Below, one piece after another: positions 1-10,273 of a DNA stretch of 18,662 bases. The stretch spans positions 119,457,646-119,476,307 of the forward strand of contig JANKJI020000002.1 of assembly GCA_024626585.2 (NCBI GenBank), written 5' to 3'. Position 1 is the first letter of the stretch. Every line of letters starts with the position of its first letter. Both the position numbers and the translations under genes were made by a program. The DNA comes from Ginkgo biloba. Its lineage: Eukaryota; Plantae; Ginkgophyta. A model generated the notes under the pieces. The model had not been told where the DNA came from. It ran no database searches and worked only from the letters and a program-made list of their open reading frames with translations.

Positions 1-1138
1 ATATAGATCATCTAATTTATCTTACTAGTAGAAAGTTAAGAAAGGCTAAACAAAATTACTCAACAATATAGAGAGACTCATTAGGAATGATATACTTACT
101 ATAATATTTTTAGCATCACCCATTAGATAAAATATTTTAATTCTATTTATATCATCAAAATTTCAAATGAATTATAAATAAATTGATATACCAAAGAAGA
201 TTAAGTAGGTGCATAATTCTACTCCATAATTATGACTTTGACATTTTTGTAAATTTTGTAAGGGTATGTTTAGGATTATATCATTTATATAAAGTTTAAT
301 AAGGATAAACAATGGAAATTATCGATGAATTTTTTAGTGAAAAATTATTTCAAGTTGAGACACTACTAAACTACTTAAGGGAAGTTATAAAATTTCTTAG
401 CAAAGGATTAGCACTAAAAGAAATGAAGGTTAAATAAAATAGTATATTAACATAGAATGCAATGGATTATACATTAATTGGATGTCAAATATATAAAATG
501 GGAGTATAAAGTACATGGAATTTGCATGGTTAAATCTTAATGGAATGCATCGACTTATATCAGATCAAAAAGCAAGAATAATATGGCTATTATTAGTTTT
601 GGAATGTGCCAACTCTAATCCTAACTCTGAGCAGTCTGAAAATAATAAATTCCCATAACTTCGCATTCAATTCTTTAAGCATCTTCTTTGTGTTCAATCG
701 ATCTTAAAGGATTTTCCAAATCTACGCCTCTGTGATAGCTTCCTTATGGCCTTACATGGCTATTGCAATTTCCATCTTTACTCTAGTGCGTATTCCTCCT
801 TCCTCTCATAAAAAATCCTCCTTTCAAAGGCTCTAGTGTGTGCCATGGTCTTCAATCCTAATGAAAGATTCACAAGAGGGATATATTTAAATCTCTCCAA
901 TAAAAGATGGAATGAATATGTGGGTGACATTTATTATGCCACTTAAGATAAAAAACATGACACTTCCTTTATCATGAGATAAGGATATCACTACTTAGAT
1001 TCAATGGTGGGCATGGGTTCCTTCATTTAGATTCAGGGCATGTGAAGGGGCTATCACATTAATTATTTATACTTTAAGCATGGACCCTTGGTGAGTTGGG
1101 ATATGACGTGACCTATAAATACACGTGTCAACTTGACA

Positions 1139-2090
1139 NNNNNNNNNNNNNNNNNNNNNNNNNNNNNNNNNNNNNNNNNNNNNNNNNNNNNNNNNNNNNN
1201 NNNNNNNNNNNNNNNNNNNNNNNNNNNNNNNNNNNNNNNNNNNNNNNNNNNNNNNNNNNNNNNNNNNNNNNNNNNNNNNNNNNNNNNNNNNNNNNNNNNN
1301 NNNNNNNNNNNNNNNNNNNNNNNNNNNNNNNNNNNNNNNNNNNNNNNNNNNNNNNNNNNNNNNNNNNNNNNNNNNNNNNNNNNNNNNNNNNNNNNNNNNN
1401 NNNNNNNNNNNNNNNNNNNNNNNNNNNNNNNNNNNNNNNNNNNNNNNNNNNNNNNNNNNNNNNNNNNNNNNNNNNNNNNNNNNNNNNNNNNNNNNNNNNN
1501 NNNNNNNNNNNNNNNNNNNNNNNNNNNNNNNNNNNNNNNNNNNNNNNNNNNNNNNNNNNNNNNNNNNNNNNNNNNNNNNNNNNNNNNNNNNNNNNNNNNN
1601 NNNNNNNNNNNNNNNNNNNNNNNNNNNNNNNNNNNNNNNNNNNNNNNNNNNNNNNNNNNNNNNNNNNNNNNNNNNNNNNNNNNNNNNNNNNNNNNNNNNN
1701 NNNNNNNNNNNNNNNNNNNNNNNNNNNNNNNNNNNNNNNNNNNNNNNNNNNNNNNNNNNNNNNNNNNNNNNNNNNNNNNNNNNNNNNNNNNNNNNNNNNN
1801 NNNNNNNNNNNNNNNNNNNNNNNNNNNNNNNNNNNNNNNNNNNNNNNNNNNNNNNNNNNNNNNNNNNNNNNNNNNNNNNNNNNNNNNNNNNNNNNNNNNN
1901 NNNNNNNNNNNNNNNNNNNNNNNNNNNNNNNNNNNNNNNNNNNNNNNNNNNNNNNNNNNNNNNNNNNNNNNNNNNNNNNNNNNNNNNNNNNNNNNNNNNN
2001 NNNNNNNNNNNNNNNNNNNNNNNNNNNNNNNNNNNNNNNNNNNNNNNNNNNNNNNNNNNNNNNNNNNNNNNNNNNNNNNNNNNNNNNNNN
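1139..2090. other. Assembly gap (N-run); others at 3233-3304, 3529-4041, 5168-5189, 7648-7747, 8002-8011, 9227-9283, 13651-13684, 15373-16285 and 17335-17434
   Basis: Runs of N. The 913-N run inside the 5' LTR is about the length of the corresponding segment of the other LTR. Confidence 0.95.
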
Positions 2091-2316
2091 AGGGTTAACA
2101 CTAGTATTCAAAAGAAGAAAAGAACAAATACGAAGAATGACCTTCTTTATGTTGCCACTGGAAAATATGTCTTCCTCATAAAATAATTTATGCTTATATT
2201 TAATGGCTCAAAAGGTTACTAGCCTACCACTTCAACATAACCATTAACAACCTTTCTTAACTTTCTATCATCAATTGTCGTGCTACCATATGGTAGTTGA
2301 CTTTTATCCCCCCTTT

Positions 2317-2630
2317 AAGAGGAAAGAGGAGGATGTGTCCTATGAAAGGATTTCATTATTGAAATATGAGTTGTGTGAGCATAACAATTGGTTAAGAGCT
2401 ATAATTAATAGGAAAAAGGCACTAGTTATCGCAACACTTTATAAGGTCCCAACCAATGTTGAAATAAACCCTCGAAGAGTTCCTTCTTCTTTAGTGGATA
2501 ATAAACCAACACCAAGTATAAGAGATCCACAAGAAACTTCTCCACCGCTTTCGAATAAACACTAGAGATATTTGCCTTTGAATAATGTTGTTTTGATCCA
2601 GACTCTACTTTGTTAACATATAACAACACA
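2317..2630 (+). mobile_element. Candidate PPT plus short 3' LTR remnant
   Basis: A 17-nt pure purine tract AAGAGGAAAGAGGAGGA (2317-2333) is directly followed by TGTGT. Possible ends are GTTAACA (2618) or ACACA (2630, inverted repeat of TGTGT), with internal AATAAA motifs. Confidence 0.35.
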
Positions 2631-5279
2631 TGATATTCGATTTTAGGTTGTAATAGGGTGACATATTTGCATATTCACCAATGCCATATTAACTTTATTC
2701 AAGAGAGAAACATAAGAAATATTACTAACAACCTTCTTCATATTGCCATCCAAAAAGATCTTCATCATGAAATAAACTAAACATTTATTAAATAACTCAA
2801 GAGATTACCGGGTCACCACCTTAATACAATTCTAAACGACCTCTCTCAACTTCCTAACATCTAATGCCATGCTATGTATAAGGGCATCCCTACAATATTA
2901 ATATGTCAAACAACTAAAAAATTTAATAAATGAATCACATATACTATTAATAATAAAATGAATTTTAGTTAATTATTCTATATGCATTATATTTTTGAAG
3001 TATATAGACAAGTGTAATATATGCCACATTAATATTATTTAATAATATTTTATTTGATGGTAAGTGGTAAAATTTTAATATGATTAAATAGGTTTTATTA
3101 TTGCTCTTTTCTTTTTCAAAAAATATACAACTATATATATACTAGCTTGACACGTATATATTAATATGCCAATTAATTAAAGATATTGAGAAATAATCAC
3201 ATATACTATATAATGTAAAAATAAACATTTACNNNNNNNNNNNNNNNNNNNNNNNNNNNNNNNNNNNNNNNNNNNNNNNNNNNNNNNNNNNNNNNNNNNN
3301 NNNNAGTCACTAGTGGCTATTCAATATGAATCATATTTCTTAAATGTATGGATGATTGTAATATATACCATGTTTGTTATAAATGAATTACAACTCATCT
3401 AGATGCATGCAACCACCTCTTTTTTCTTAGGTTAAACTCACAAATTAGTTGGAATTTTAATACCATGAATGAAGAATAGTCTCCATTGCCATTGTAAATT
3501 GTCCTACCATAATTGTTTCCTTTCACATNNNNNNNNNNNNNNNNNNNNNNNNNNNNNNNNNNNNNNNNNNNNNNNNNNNNNNNNNNNNNNNNNNNNNNNN
3601 NNNNNNNNNNNNNNNNNNNNNNNNNNNNNNNNNNNNNNNNNNNNNNNNNNNNNNNNNNNNNNNNNNNNNNNNNNNNNNNNNNNNNNNNNNNNNNNNNNNN
3701 NNNNNNNNNNNNNNNNNNNNNNNNNNNNNNNNNNNNNNNNNNNNNNNNNNNNNNNNNNNNNNNNNNNNNNNNNNNNNNNNNNNNNNNNNNNNNNNNNNNN
3801 NNNNNNNNNNNNNNNNNNNNNNNNNNNNNNNNNNNNNNNNNNNNNNNNNNNNNNNNNNNNNNNNNNNNNNNNNNNNNNNNNNNNNNNNNNNNNNNNNNNN
3901 NNNNNNNNNNNNNNNNNNNNNNNNNNNNNNNNNNNNNNNNNNNNNNNNNNNNNNNNNNNNNNNNNNNNNNNNNNNNNNNNNNNNNNNNNNNNNNNNNNNN
4001 NNNNNNNNNNNNNNNNNNNNNNNNNNNNNNNNNNNNNNNNNAGGTTGTAAGTAGGCAAACTAATTACAATAGTCCATTATCATAGGCAAGGATTAATATG
4101 AAGGGGGATATTGTTATATCATTTAATTTAGTGATAGGTCTAATCATTTGAATTCTATTTATTAATTAATTTTCTCAAAATTCAATAAGGATTTTACTAA
4201 ATCTAGGACACCTTAGTAAAAGTTTAATCTGTGGGAAAATTAAAGCCTTATATAGCTATAATTGATTAATAAAAATATAGGGAGCAAATTGGCTACAATT
4301 AGTCTATGTCATAAGTAATGACCGACAAGATTCCAAACTTAATTCTTAATATTTGATCTTCATAATTCATGAATTTGAACAATTAAACTCATTTATTATT
4401 TATCACATGTACTCTTATTTCATTCCACTTGAGCATGGACACAGGTACACCACCTGCTTAAGCAAAGTGGCCCCAACATCCTTAAAGTATCCCTCCGAGA
4501 TACTTTACAGTTCCGTCCCAAAAACTAGTTTGACTTGTTCTCAAGAGAACCTTATCTTAATTTATTATTGGGAGGTCACATGATGGGGTCTAAGCTACAC
4601 ATTTCTAAATTTATGGTCTTATCGAAATGCAAAGACCTATTATTTTTATCTTTTAGGATGACTAATTTTGATCAAAGACTCACTCTTCTTAATTGGCTTT
4701 AGCAACTAGAGTTAAGCAATTTTCAAGTGACTCATGAAGCACATACTATTCTTCTTAAGAGCCCATTCTTCTAAGAATATCTAAAATCCTTATGACCAAA
4801 AATCCGCATAACATGAGCCCCTAGAATTACTCAGTTAAACAATTTGGAAGTCTCCAAGGAACCTCTTAAATTGCTAGTGGAAACGCACAATTATAGTTCA
4901 AAAACTATATCCAAGTTTTACCTTATTTTTTATTTATTAGTAGCGGTAAGAGGCTCTAAGTGTTCTATTAATGGAAACATGTATACTTGAGTGTGCAGGA
5001 ACAATAAAATTTAAAACTAAACTATTTTAAATTTATTATTTTCAACAAACAACTATACAGATGAGATATTATTAGCTCCCACGCTATGGAAAAGTGTAAA
5101 AAAATTTGTCAAAGTCAAAACATAAATATCAAATATAAATATATATATTTTATATGCTTAGAAACTANNNNNNNNNNNNNNNNNNNNNNATGCATATACT
5201 AACAGTGCCGAAAAGATTCTGTCATCAGACGGACGCAGTCGTAAAGCCAAAGGTAATCCGCAAAAGCGTTGGACAATGG

Positions 5280-5450
5280 CCACTAGACGTGTAAGTGCAC
5301 GGCAAAGTCGGTATTCAACTAGTGGGTTTCTACAGTTTTTAAGTCATAGATTCGTATCTTGACTTCCTATCTATCACATAGGTCACGATTTCTCACTCGG
5401 AATTTTCAGATCCCATGTGATGGAAACTGCAACTTCGATATATATCTAAG
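5280..5450 (+). promoter_or_regulatory. Putative proximal promoter of the GAT1-like gene with a TATA-like box and stress-type cis motifs
   Basis: TATATAT at 5439-5445 (~80 bp upstream of the ATG); ACGTGT ABRE-like core 5287-5292; GTCGGT (reverse complement of DRE/CRT ACCGAC) 5307-5312; W-box TTGACT 5359-5364; CATGTG MYC/E-box 5414-5419. These are motif matches only. Confidence 0.45.
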
Positions 5451-5521
5451 GCAATTGCACTAAAAATATCGTCAGAATCTTCCCCACTTCAGCAAACCCA
5501 AGTTTTGTGTGGTCTCAGAAG

Positions 5522-5633
5522 ATGGGGGGCAATGATACTGAATCTGGTGGTGCAAGAAATGGACTAACCTCCCAACTCAACCACAAAGATCATGATTTGG
5601 ATGCAGGCGCACTGTTTGTCCTCGAATCCAAAG
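5522..5633 (+). CDS. GAT1: GAT1-like exon 1 (MGGNDTESGG...[12 protein letters not shown])
   Basis: ATG at 5522 in an AAGATGG context; donor AAAG|GTCTAC, phase 1. Confidence 0.88.
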
Positions 5634-8600
5634 GTCTACATTGTTATTTAATCACTGCCCACTTGTTTTTTCCTCACAAATTTTGTTGGGTTTCTCAAGG
5701 AGTGAATGATTATGCAGGGAATTGGGTCCATGCCGGCTACCATTTGACGACATCCATTGCAGCACCTGCTCTTCTCAGTTTGCCCTTTGCATTTGCTTCA
5801 CTGGGATGGATTGCAGGGATTCTGTTTCTGATAGTTGCAGCTGCTGTCACGTTTTATTCCTACAATTTGATATCCATGGTGTTGGAGCATTTGGAATTGA
5901 AGGGCAATCGCCACCTGCGTTTCAGAGACATGGCCAGAGATATCTTGGGTATATAATCATCAATAATATTCCTCCATCATACTTTGTGATCCATCTATTA
6001 CATTTTTTGTTTTTTTTACTGTATTGAGCGGACAATAGGACTGTTTTGTGAGCAGGGCCCAGGTGGGCTCGTTTGACTGTGACACCAATGCAGTTTGTAG
6101 TTTGCTTTGGCGCTGTAATTGGTTCTACACTTCTAGGGGGTCAGAGCTTGAAGGTAAAAGTTCTTCCGCTTCCACAAAAGTTTATGTCCAGTAATGATAT
6201 TTCCATGGTCAGTTTTGCTGACATTTTTGGAATTATGTGGTTTTGTTGGCAGTTCACATATTTGATTTATCATCCAAATGGGTCAATGAAGCTGTATGAA
6301 TTCATCATAGTATTTGGGATTGTAATGCTAGTCCTGTCCCAGATGCCATCTTTTCATTCCCTTCGGCACATAAATTTGGTGTCCTTGGTCGTGTGCTTGA
6401 CGTACAGTGTCTTTGTGGTAGGCGGATCCATCCATGCAGGTTACTTCTCAAAGGATCCCTTTGCAGAACTCAAAGATTAAAGATATTCTTTCCCAAAAAA
6501 AAGAAGTAAAAATGAAAAAAAAACTTGATTGAACATGTGAATTTGTTCTCATCATGAACTGGGAATTGCTGTGTTTCTTTTCAAGCAGGGCATTCAAAAC
6601 TTGATGCAGAAAAGGATTATTCTTTCACTGGAAGCGATGTGAGCAAGCTCTTTGGAGCTTTCAATTCTGTGGCAGTCATTGCAACAACCTATGGCAATGG
6701 GATTATTCCAGAGATCCAGGTTGTCTCTGGCACATTCTTCTTATTGAAAGCCATTCACATAGTCAGAAAACATAGCAAAACTTTTGGGCAGTGGTTATCA
6801 AAATATCTTTTTGTATGTAAGGTCAGAACACCAACAATTAGGAGGCAGGGGTTTATGGGGACTGGTTGCAGCTTTAAAATCTGCAAAAACATAGTAAACT
6901 ATTTCATATTCTTGTTAGAAATGTTTGCAAGGTCAGTTGTGAAAAGGACTTAAACTGGGCAAATACTAGCTATATATTGTTATTAAAGATTGAATCATAA
7001 TAATATTTCATACTGGAATAGAGATGTACCTGGTATTATGTTTTTCATTTTTTTTTGTCTCGTGGGGTATCAGCCTTTGGAGCTAACACCTGCAAGGATA
7101 GGGATGGCCTTTCATCAAAGAACATAGTGGTAAGAATAATGGACATTTACCATGGCAAGAGTACCAATAGCTTGACAATCAGAAAATAGAGTGGAACACT
7201 TAGCACTACGGACAGCCTAAGCCTATAGAATTAAGGAGTTACTGTAGTTATGCTTATCATCAAGTTGAGTGGAGACATCACCTGAACCTTCATAGATTTT
7301 TTTGGGTCACTAGAATTATAGACCTTGGACAATGGCCAGAGGATATCCTCTAACCACACTAGAACATGGGAGCCTAATAAACTCAGGATGTGGGTTTGAG
7401 CCTCAAGCTTGGCCAGTTCAAAATCATAATCTTAGATTGACATGGATTTCGGCATAGATGCTCTTCCTATAGCTTTGTTTAGAAATTACTAAATTGGAAA
7501 ATCAAGGTCTTATTGTTCTGTGCTCAATTGCAACCCTGCTCTTCAAAGCTGTTCCTCAACACAAATATATGGGCAGCAATTCAGACAATTGCTTGATTCA
7601 GACCGACATCAAATTAATTCAGATCCAAACCCCAATTTTTTAGAGGTNNNNNNNNNNNNNNNNNNNNNNNNNNNNNNNNNNNNNNNNNNNNNNNNNNNNN
7701 NNNNNNNNNNNNNNNNNNNNNNNNNNNNNNNNNNNNNNNNNNNNNNNTAGAGGTCCCCATTGAATACCACAACATGAACAATTGAAGTTTCTTAACTATT
7801 CAAGATTATAATATAAACAGAAATTCAGTCCCTGAGACCATAAGTTTATGCAGTTAACTATTCAGTTTGCTCTCTTTAGTGACCTTCCTTTTATTATATG
7901 AAGATGTGTTTTAGGCTTTCTGATTTGTTTAGAAAATTATAATTTTACATATTGGAGGACAAGATGAACACACTAAAAATTCCATTGTGTTTCAAGTTTT
8001 CNNNNNNNNNNTTGATATTATTGTTTTCAGGCAACATTGAGTCCTCCTGTATCTGGAAAGATGTTCAAAGGCCTGTGCATATGCTACACAGTGGTAGTAT
8101 CAACATTCTTCTCTGTTGCAGTGTCAGGCTACTGGGCATTTGGTAACAAGTCATCTGGCAACATTTTCAACAACTTTGCTCCTACCGGAGAGCCTTCTCT
8201 TGTTCCAAATTGGTTGCTTTTCACAGCCAACATGTGTGTGCTTCTACAATTATTCGCAGTGGCACTGGTAAGCTCTAGAACAAAACAAAGGCAATCCCTT
8301 ATTCTTTGCTGCAATTCAATTCTAATACAATACAAATATTCAAAAATTTGCATAAACAAATGCATATTTGCAACTATAACAATTTTTTCATCCGTGATTT
8401 ATGTTGCAGGTATATTCGCAGCCCACATTTGAAATATTGGAGGGAAAATCAGCAGATGTTAGTGTTGGAAGGTTTTCTTTACGCAATTTGATCCCCAGGT
8501 TATTGTTACGGTCCTCATATGTGGCTGTTACGACCTTTATAGCTGCAATGGTGCCATTTTTTGGAGACATGAATGCATTGATTGGTGCATTTGGATTCAT

Positions 8601-8790
8601 GCCTTTGGACTTTGTTTTTCCAGTGGTGTTCTACAACCTCACTTTCAAGCCTTCGAGAACGAGTCTTGTATTTTGGATCAACACTTGCATAGCTGTCATC
8701 TTCTCCATTTTGGGAGTGTTGGGTTGCATTGCAGCAGTTCGGCAGATCTCCCTTGATGCCAAGGATTACAAGCTTTTTGCAGACATCTGA
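5522..8790 (+). CDS. GAT1: GABA transporter 1-like amino acid permease (AAAP/Aa_trans family), 7 exons: join(5522-5633,5718-5948,6056-6153,6253-6439,6589-6719,8031-8267,8410-8790), 458 aa
   Basis: The spliced translation contains the GAT-type segments [127 protein letters not shown] and [17 protein letters not shown]. All six introns are GT..AG with consistent phases. Exon lengths sum to 1377 bp with no internal stop. From my recollection of the Arabidopsis proteins, [13 protein letters not shown] is closer to GAT1 than GAT2. Confidence 0.93.
5718..5948 (+). CDS. GAT1: GAT1-like exon 2 ([11 protein letters not shown]...RDMARDIL-G)
   Basis: Acceptor TATGCAG|GG; donor TTGG|GTATAT; transmembrane segments and family motifs. 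Confidence 0.92.
6056..6153 (+). CDS. GAT1: GAT1-like exon 3 (PRWARLTVTPMQF...GGQSLK)
   Basis: Acceptor GAGCAG|GG; donor AAG|GTAAAA. Confidence 0.9.
6253..6439 (+). CDS. GAT1: GAT1-like exon 4 (FTYLIYHPNG...GGSIHA-G)
   Basis: Acceptor TTGGCAG|TTC; donor CAG|[19 protein letters not shown] motif. Confidence 0.9.
6589..6719 (+). CDS. GAT1: GAT1-like exon 5 (HSKLDAEKDYS...[10 protein letters not shown])
   Basis: Acceptor TTTTCAAGCAG|GG; donor CAG|GTTGTC. Confidence 0.9.
7041..7374 (-). mobile_element. Candidate tRNA-derived SINE in GAT1 intron 5
   Basis: The minus strand begins GGCTCCCATGTTCTAGTGTGGTTAG (tRNA 5' arm/A-box-like), has a degenerate B-box-like GGTCTATAATTC ~50 nt in, and ends GGCTGATACCCCACGAGAC-A9-TG-A5. 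No TSD found. Confidence 0.3.
8031..8267 (+). CDS. GAT1: GAT1-like exon 6 ([15 protein letters not shown]...LQLFAVAL)
   Basis: Acceptor TTTTCAG|GCA; donor CTG|GTAAGC; GYWAFGN motif. Confidence 0.92.
8410..8790 (+). CDS. GAT1: GAT1-like exon 7 ([11 protein letters not shown]...DYKLFADI*)
   Basis: Acceptor TTGCAG|GTA; stop TGA at 8788-8790; conserved C-terminus. Confidence 0.93.
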   Translation, partial: [126 protein letters not shown]

Positions 8791-9293
8791 ATATTCTATT
8801 CTTATCCACTGTCATTCTTTCTTCCTGTCATTTGATTAGATTTTTAACATGTGTAAGTATTTGGAAGAGAAAGCTTTTACTGCCTACAAGCTACATGCTA
8901 TTTTCTTCTAACTATAGCTAATGCATAGTGGGTAGGTTGCTTGTCAGAGTTGATGGCCAAAATTTTCTGTTCATGTGTTTGATGGTCAAAATAACTTTTG
9001 GTGGCCCTGAGAAAATTTAAACCTGCCTGTTTCTGGTGAACTGTTGCTACATAGAAGCAGTCTGCTATGTTGGATATTGTGGTTGTGCGCAATAAGTCGA
9101 GCTCTAAGAGTGGGTCCTTCGATAAACAATCAGTCTTGGAAGTGCCCATTATGTATAAAGGTCTTCCTTTGTATATATCCGTCGTCTTTCCTCTTTGGCT
9201 TGTTGAGATTTCAGGTGTAGAATTTTNNNNNNNNNNNNNNNNNNNNNNNNNNNNNNNNNNNNNNNNNNNNNNNNNNNNNNNNNTATATATACA

Positions 9294-9386
9294 GTTATCC
9301 CCAAGTACCAGCGCACCCAGGTTTCTTGGGTACCCGAACTAGGGACGCACTCCTGTCCCCCGTCCTCACGCACCCATGCAACCTTG
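9294..9386. mobile_element. Possible DNA-transposon/MITE terminal fragment
   Basis: A GC-rich island after an N gap, with GGGAC/GTCCCC/GCACCC submotifs ending in GCAACCTTG. The resemblance to hAT-type subtermini is from memory only. Confidence 0.2.
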
Positions 9387-10014
9387 CTTAGAGGCTAGAT
9401 GCCCTTGTATAACCAAATTGGCCTTCGAGTATTACCTAAATGGATGGCTAATGCTTATAGGACCCATTGATATGTCTTGTCGGCCTATATGGGGGATGGA
9501 TTCTCTGAACCACATTGTCCTGGAACCACATGGAGAATGGATTCATGGAACTACAAGTAGCATGAGTTGATCCCATATAATGCTACAAGGAGGACTCTGT
9601 GTAGGGTGTGGGATCCAATATATATGATATGGGGTATGTATTTTAGGCCTTCTTACTTGTAGATCATCTAGTACATAAGCTCCTAATCCTACTAATTGAT
9701 CAGATTCTTGAGCTTTGGGTGGATCCCATCTTATAGTAGGATTACTCGTCTTATTGATCATATGCTTGTTGAGGGTGATATAGGTTCTCCAAATCCACTT
9801 TGGGGAGCCTGTGACAAGTATACAAGCAACCTAATTACGACCAATACAATATTCATCTTTCAAGTGGTGTTGATGAAACATACTATGGAGGCACAAATAT
9901 CTTTGAGGATTGCTAATACAAGGAAAGATGCAAAGAAATACTCATAATATTGTAGCCATGTGAAATATCTCACATACACTATGAGTGCACTTCATAACCT
10001 CATGTGAAAATGAA

Positions 10015-10040
10015 CTCTCTCTCTCTCTCTCACACACACA
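10015..10040. repeat. Compound microsatellite (CT)8(CA)5
   Basis: Read directly from the sequence. Confidence 0.9.
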
Positions 10041-10175
10041 AACACTCTGAGAGACAACATAGCTTTAGAGTTTCGACATAGGCCTCCACTCTAGGATAGT
10101 AATCACATCAAGAAGAATAGAGATTCCCAACCATAACACACTATTATTCATAAAGGCCATAGTACATATATTACT

Positions 10176-10273
10176 TGTTGGATTTCTCAACCCTTGGGCT
10201 CCTTGACTGTTGGACTCCCCAACCCTTAAGCTTCTTGACTGTTGGACTTCCTAACCCTCTTGGACTCCCTAAC
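10176..10273. repeat. Tandem repeat, ~3 x 32 bp (TGTTGGACTCCCCAACCCTTAAGCTTCTTGAC-like)
   Basis: Units start at 10176, 10208 and 10240, followed by a partial TTGGACTCCCTAAC. Confidence 0.85.

Noticed and set aside
600-1138. Possible LTR or promoter (CTATAAATA, CACGTG, TGACGT near 1104-1127) or Cassandra 5S-like segment
   Set aside because: Truncated by a gap, with no boundaries, PBS or PPT; the 5S similarity is too weak.
1067-2181. Long ORFs of 321-361 aa (also 3469-4085, 15023-16326, 7520-7750 and 17229-17462)
   Set aside because: They are open only because they span N-runs.
2275-2629. 96-aa and 67-aa ORFs
   Set aside because: No domain motifs; they overlap a probable LTR remnant.
5507-5956. 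Unspliced ORFs 5507-5956, 6073-6480, 6639-6953, 8037-8432 and 8401-8790 as separate genes
   Set aside because: They are exons of one spliced gene plus intron read-through; the GTG/TTG starts are not relevant in a plant nuclear gene.
5722-8600. Alternative-frame and antisense ORFs overlapping the GAT1 exons
   Set aside because: Shadow frames with no recognisable motifs.
8898-9947. Short ORFs downstream of the gene
   Set aside because: No recognisable motifs or splice structure; likely 3' UTR and TE debris.
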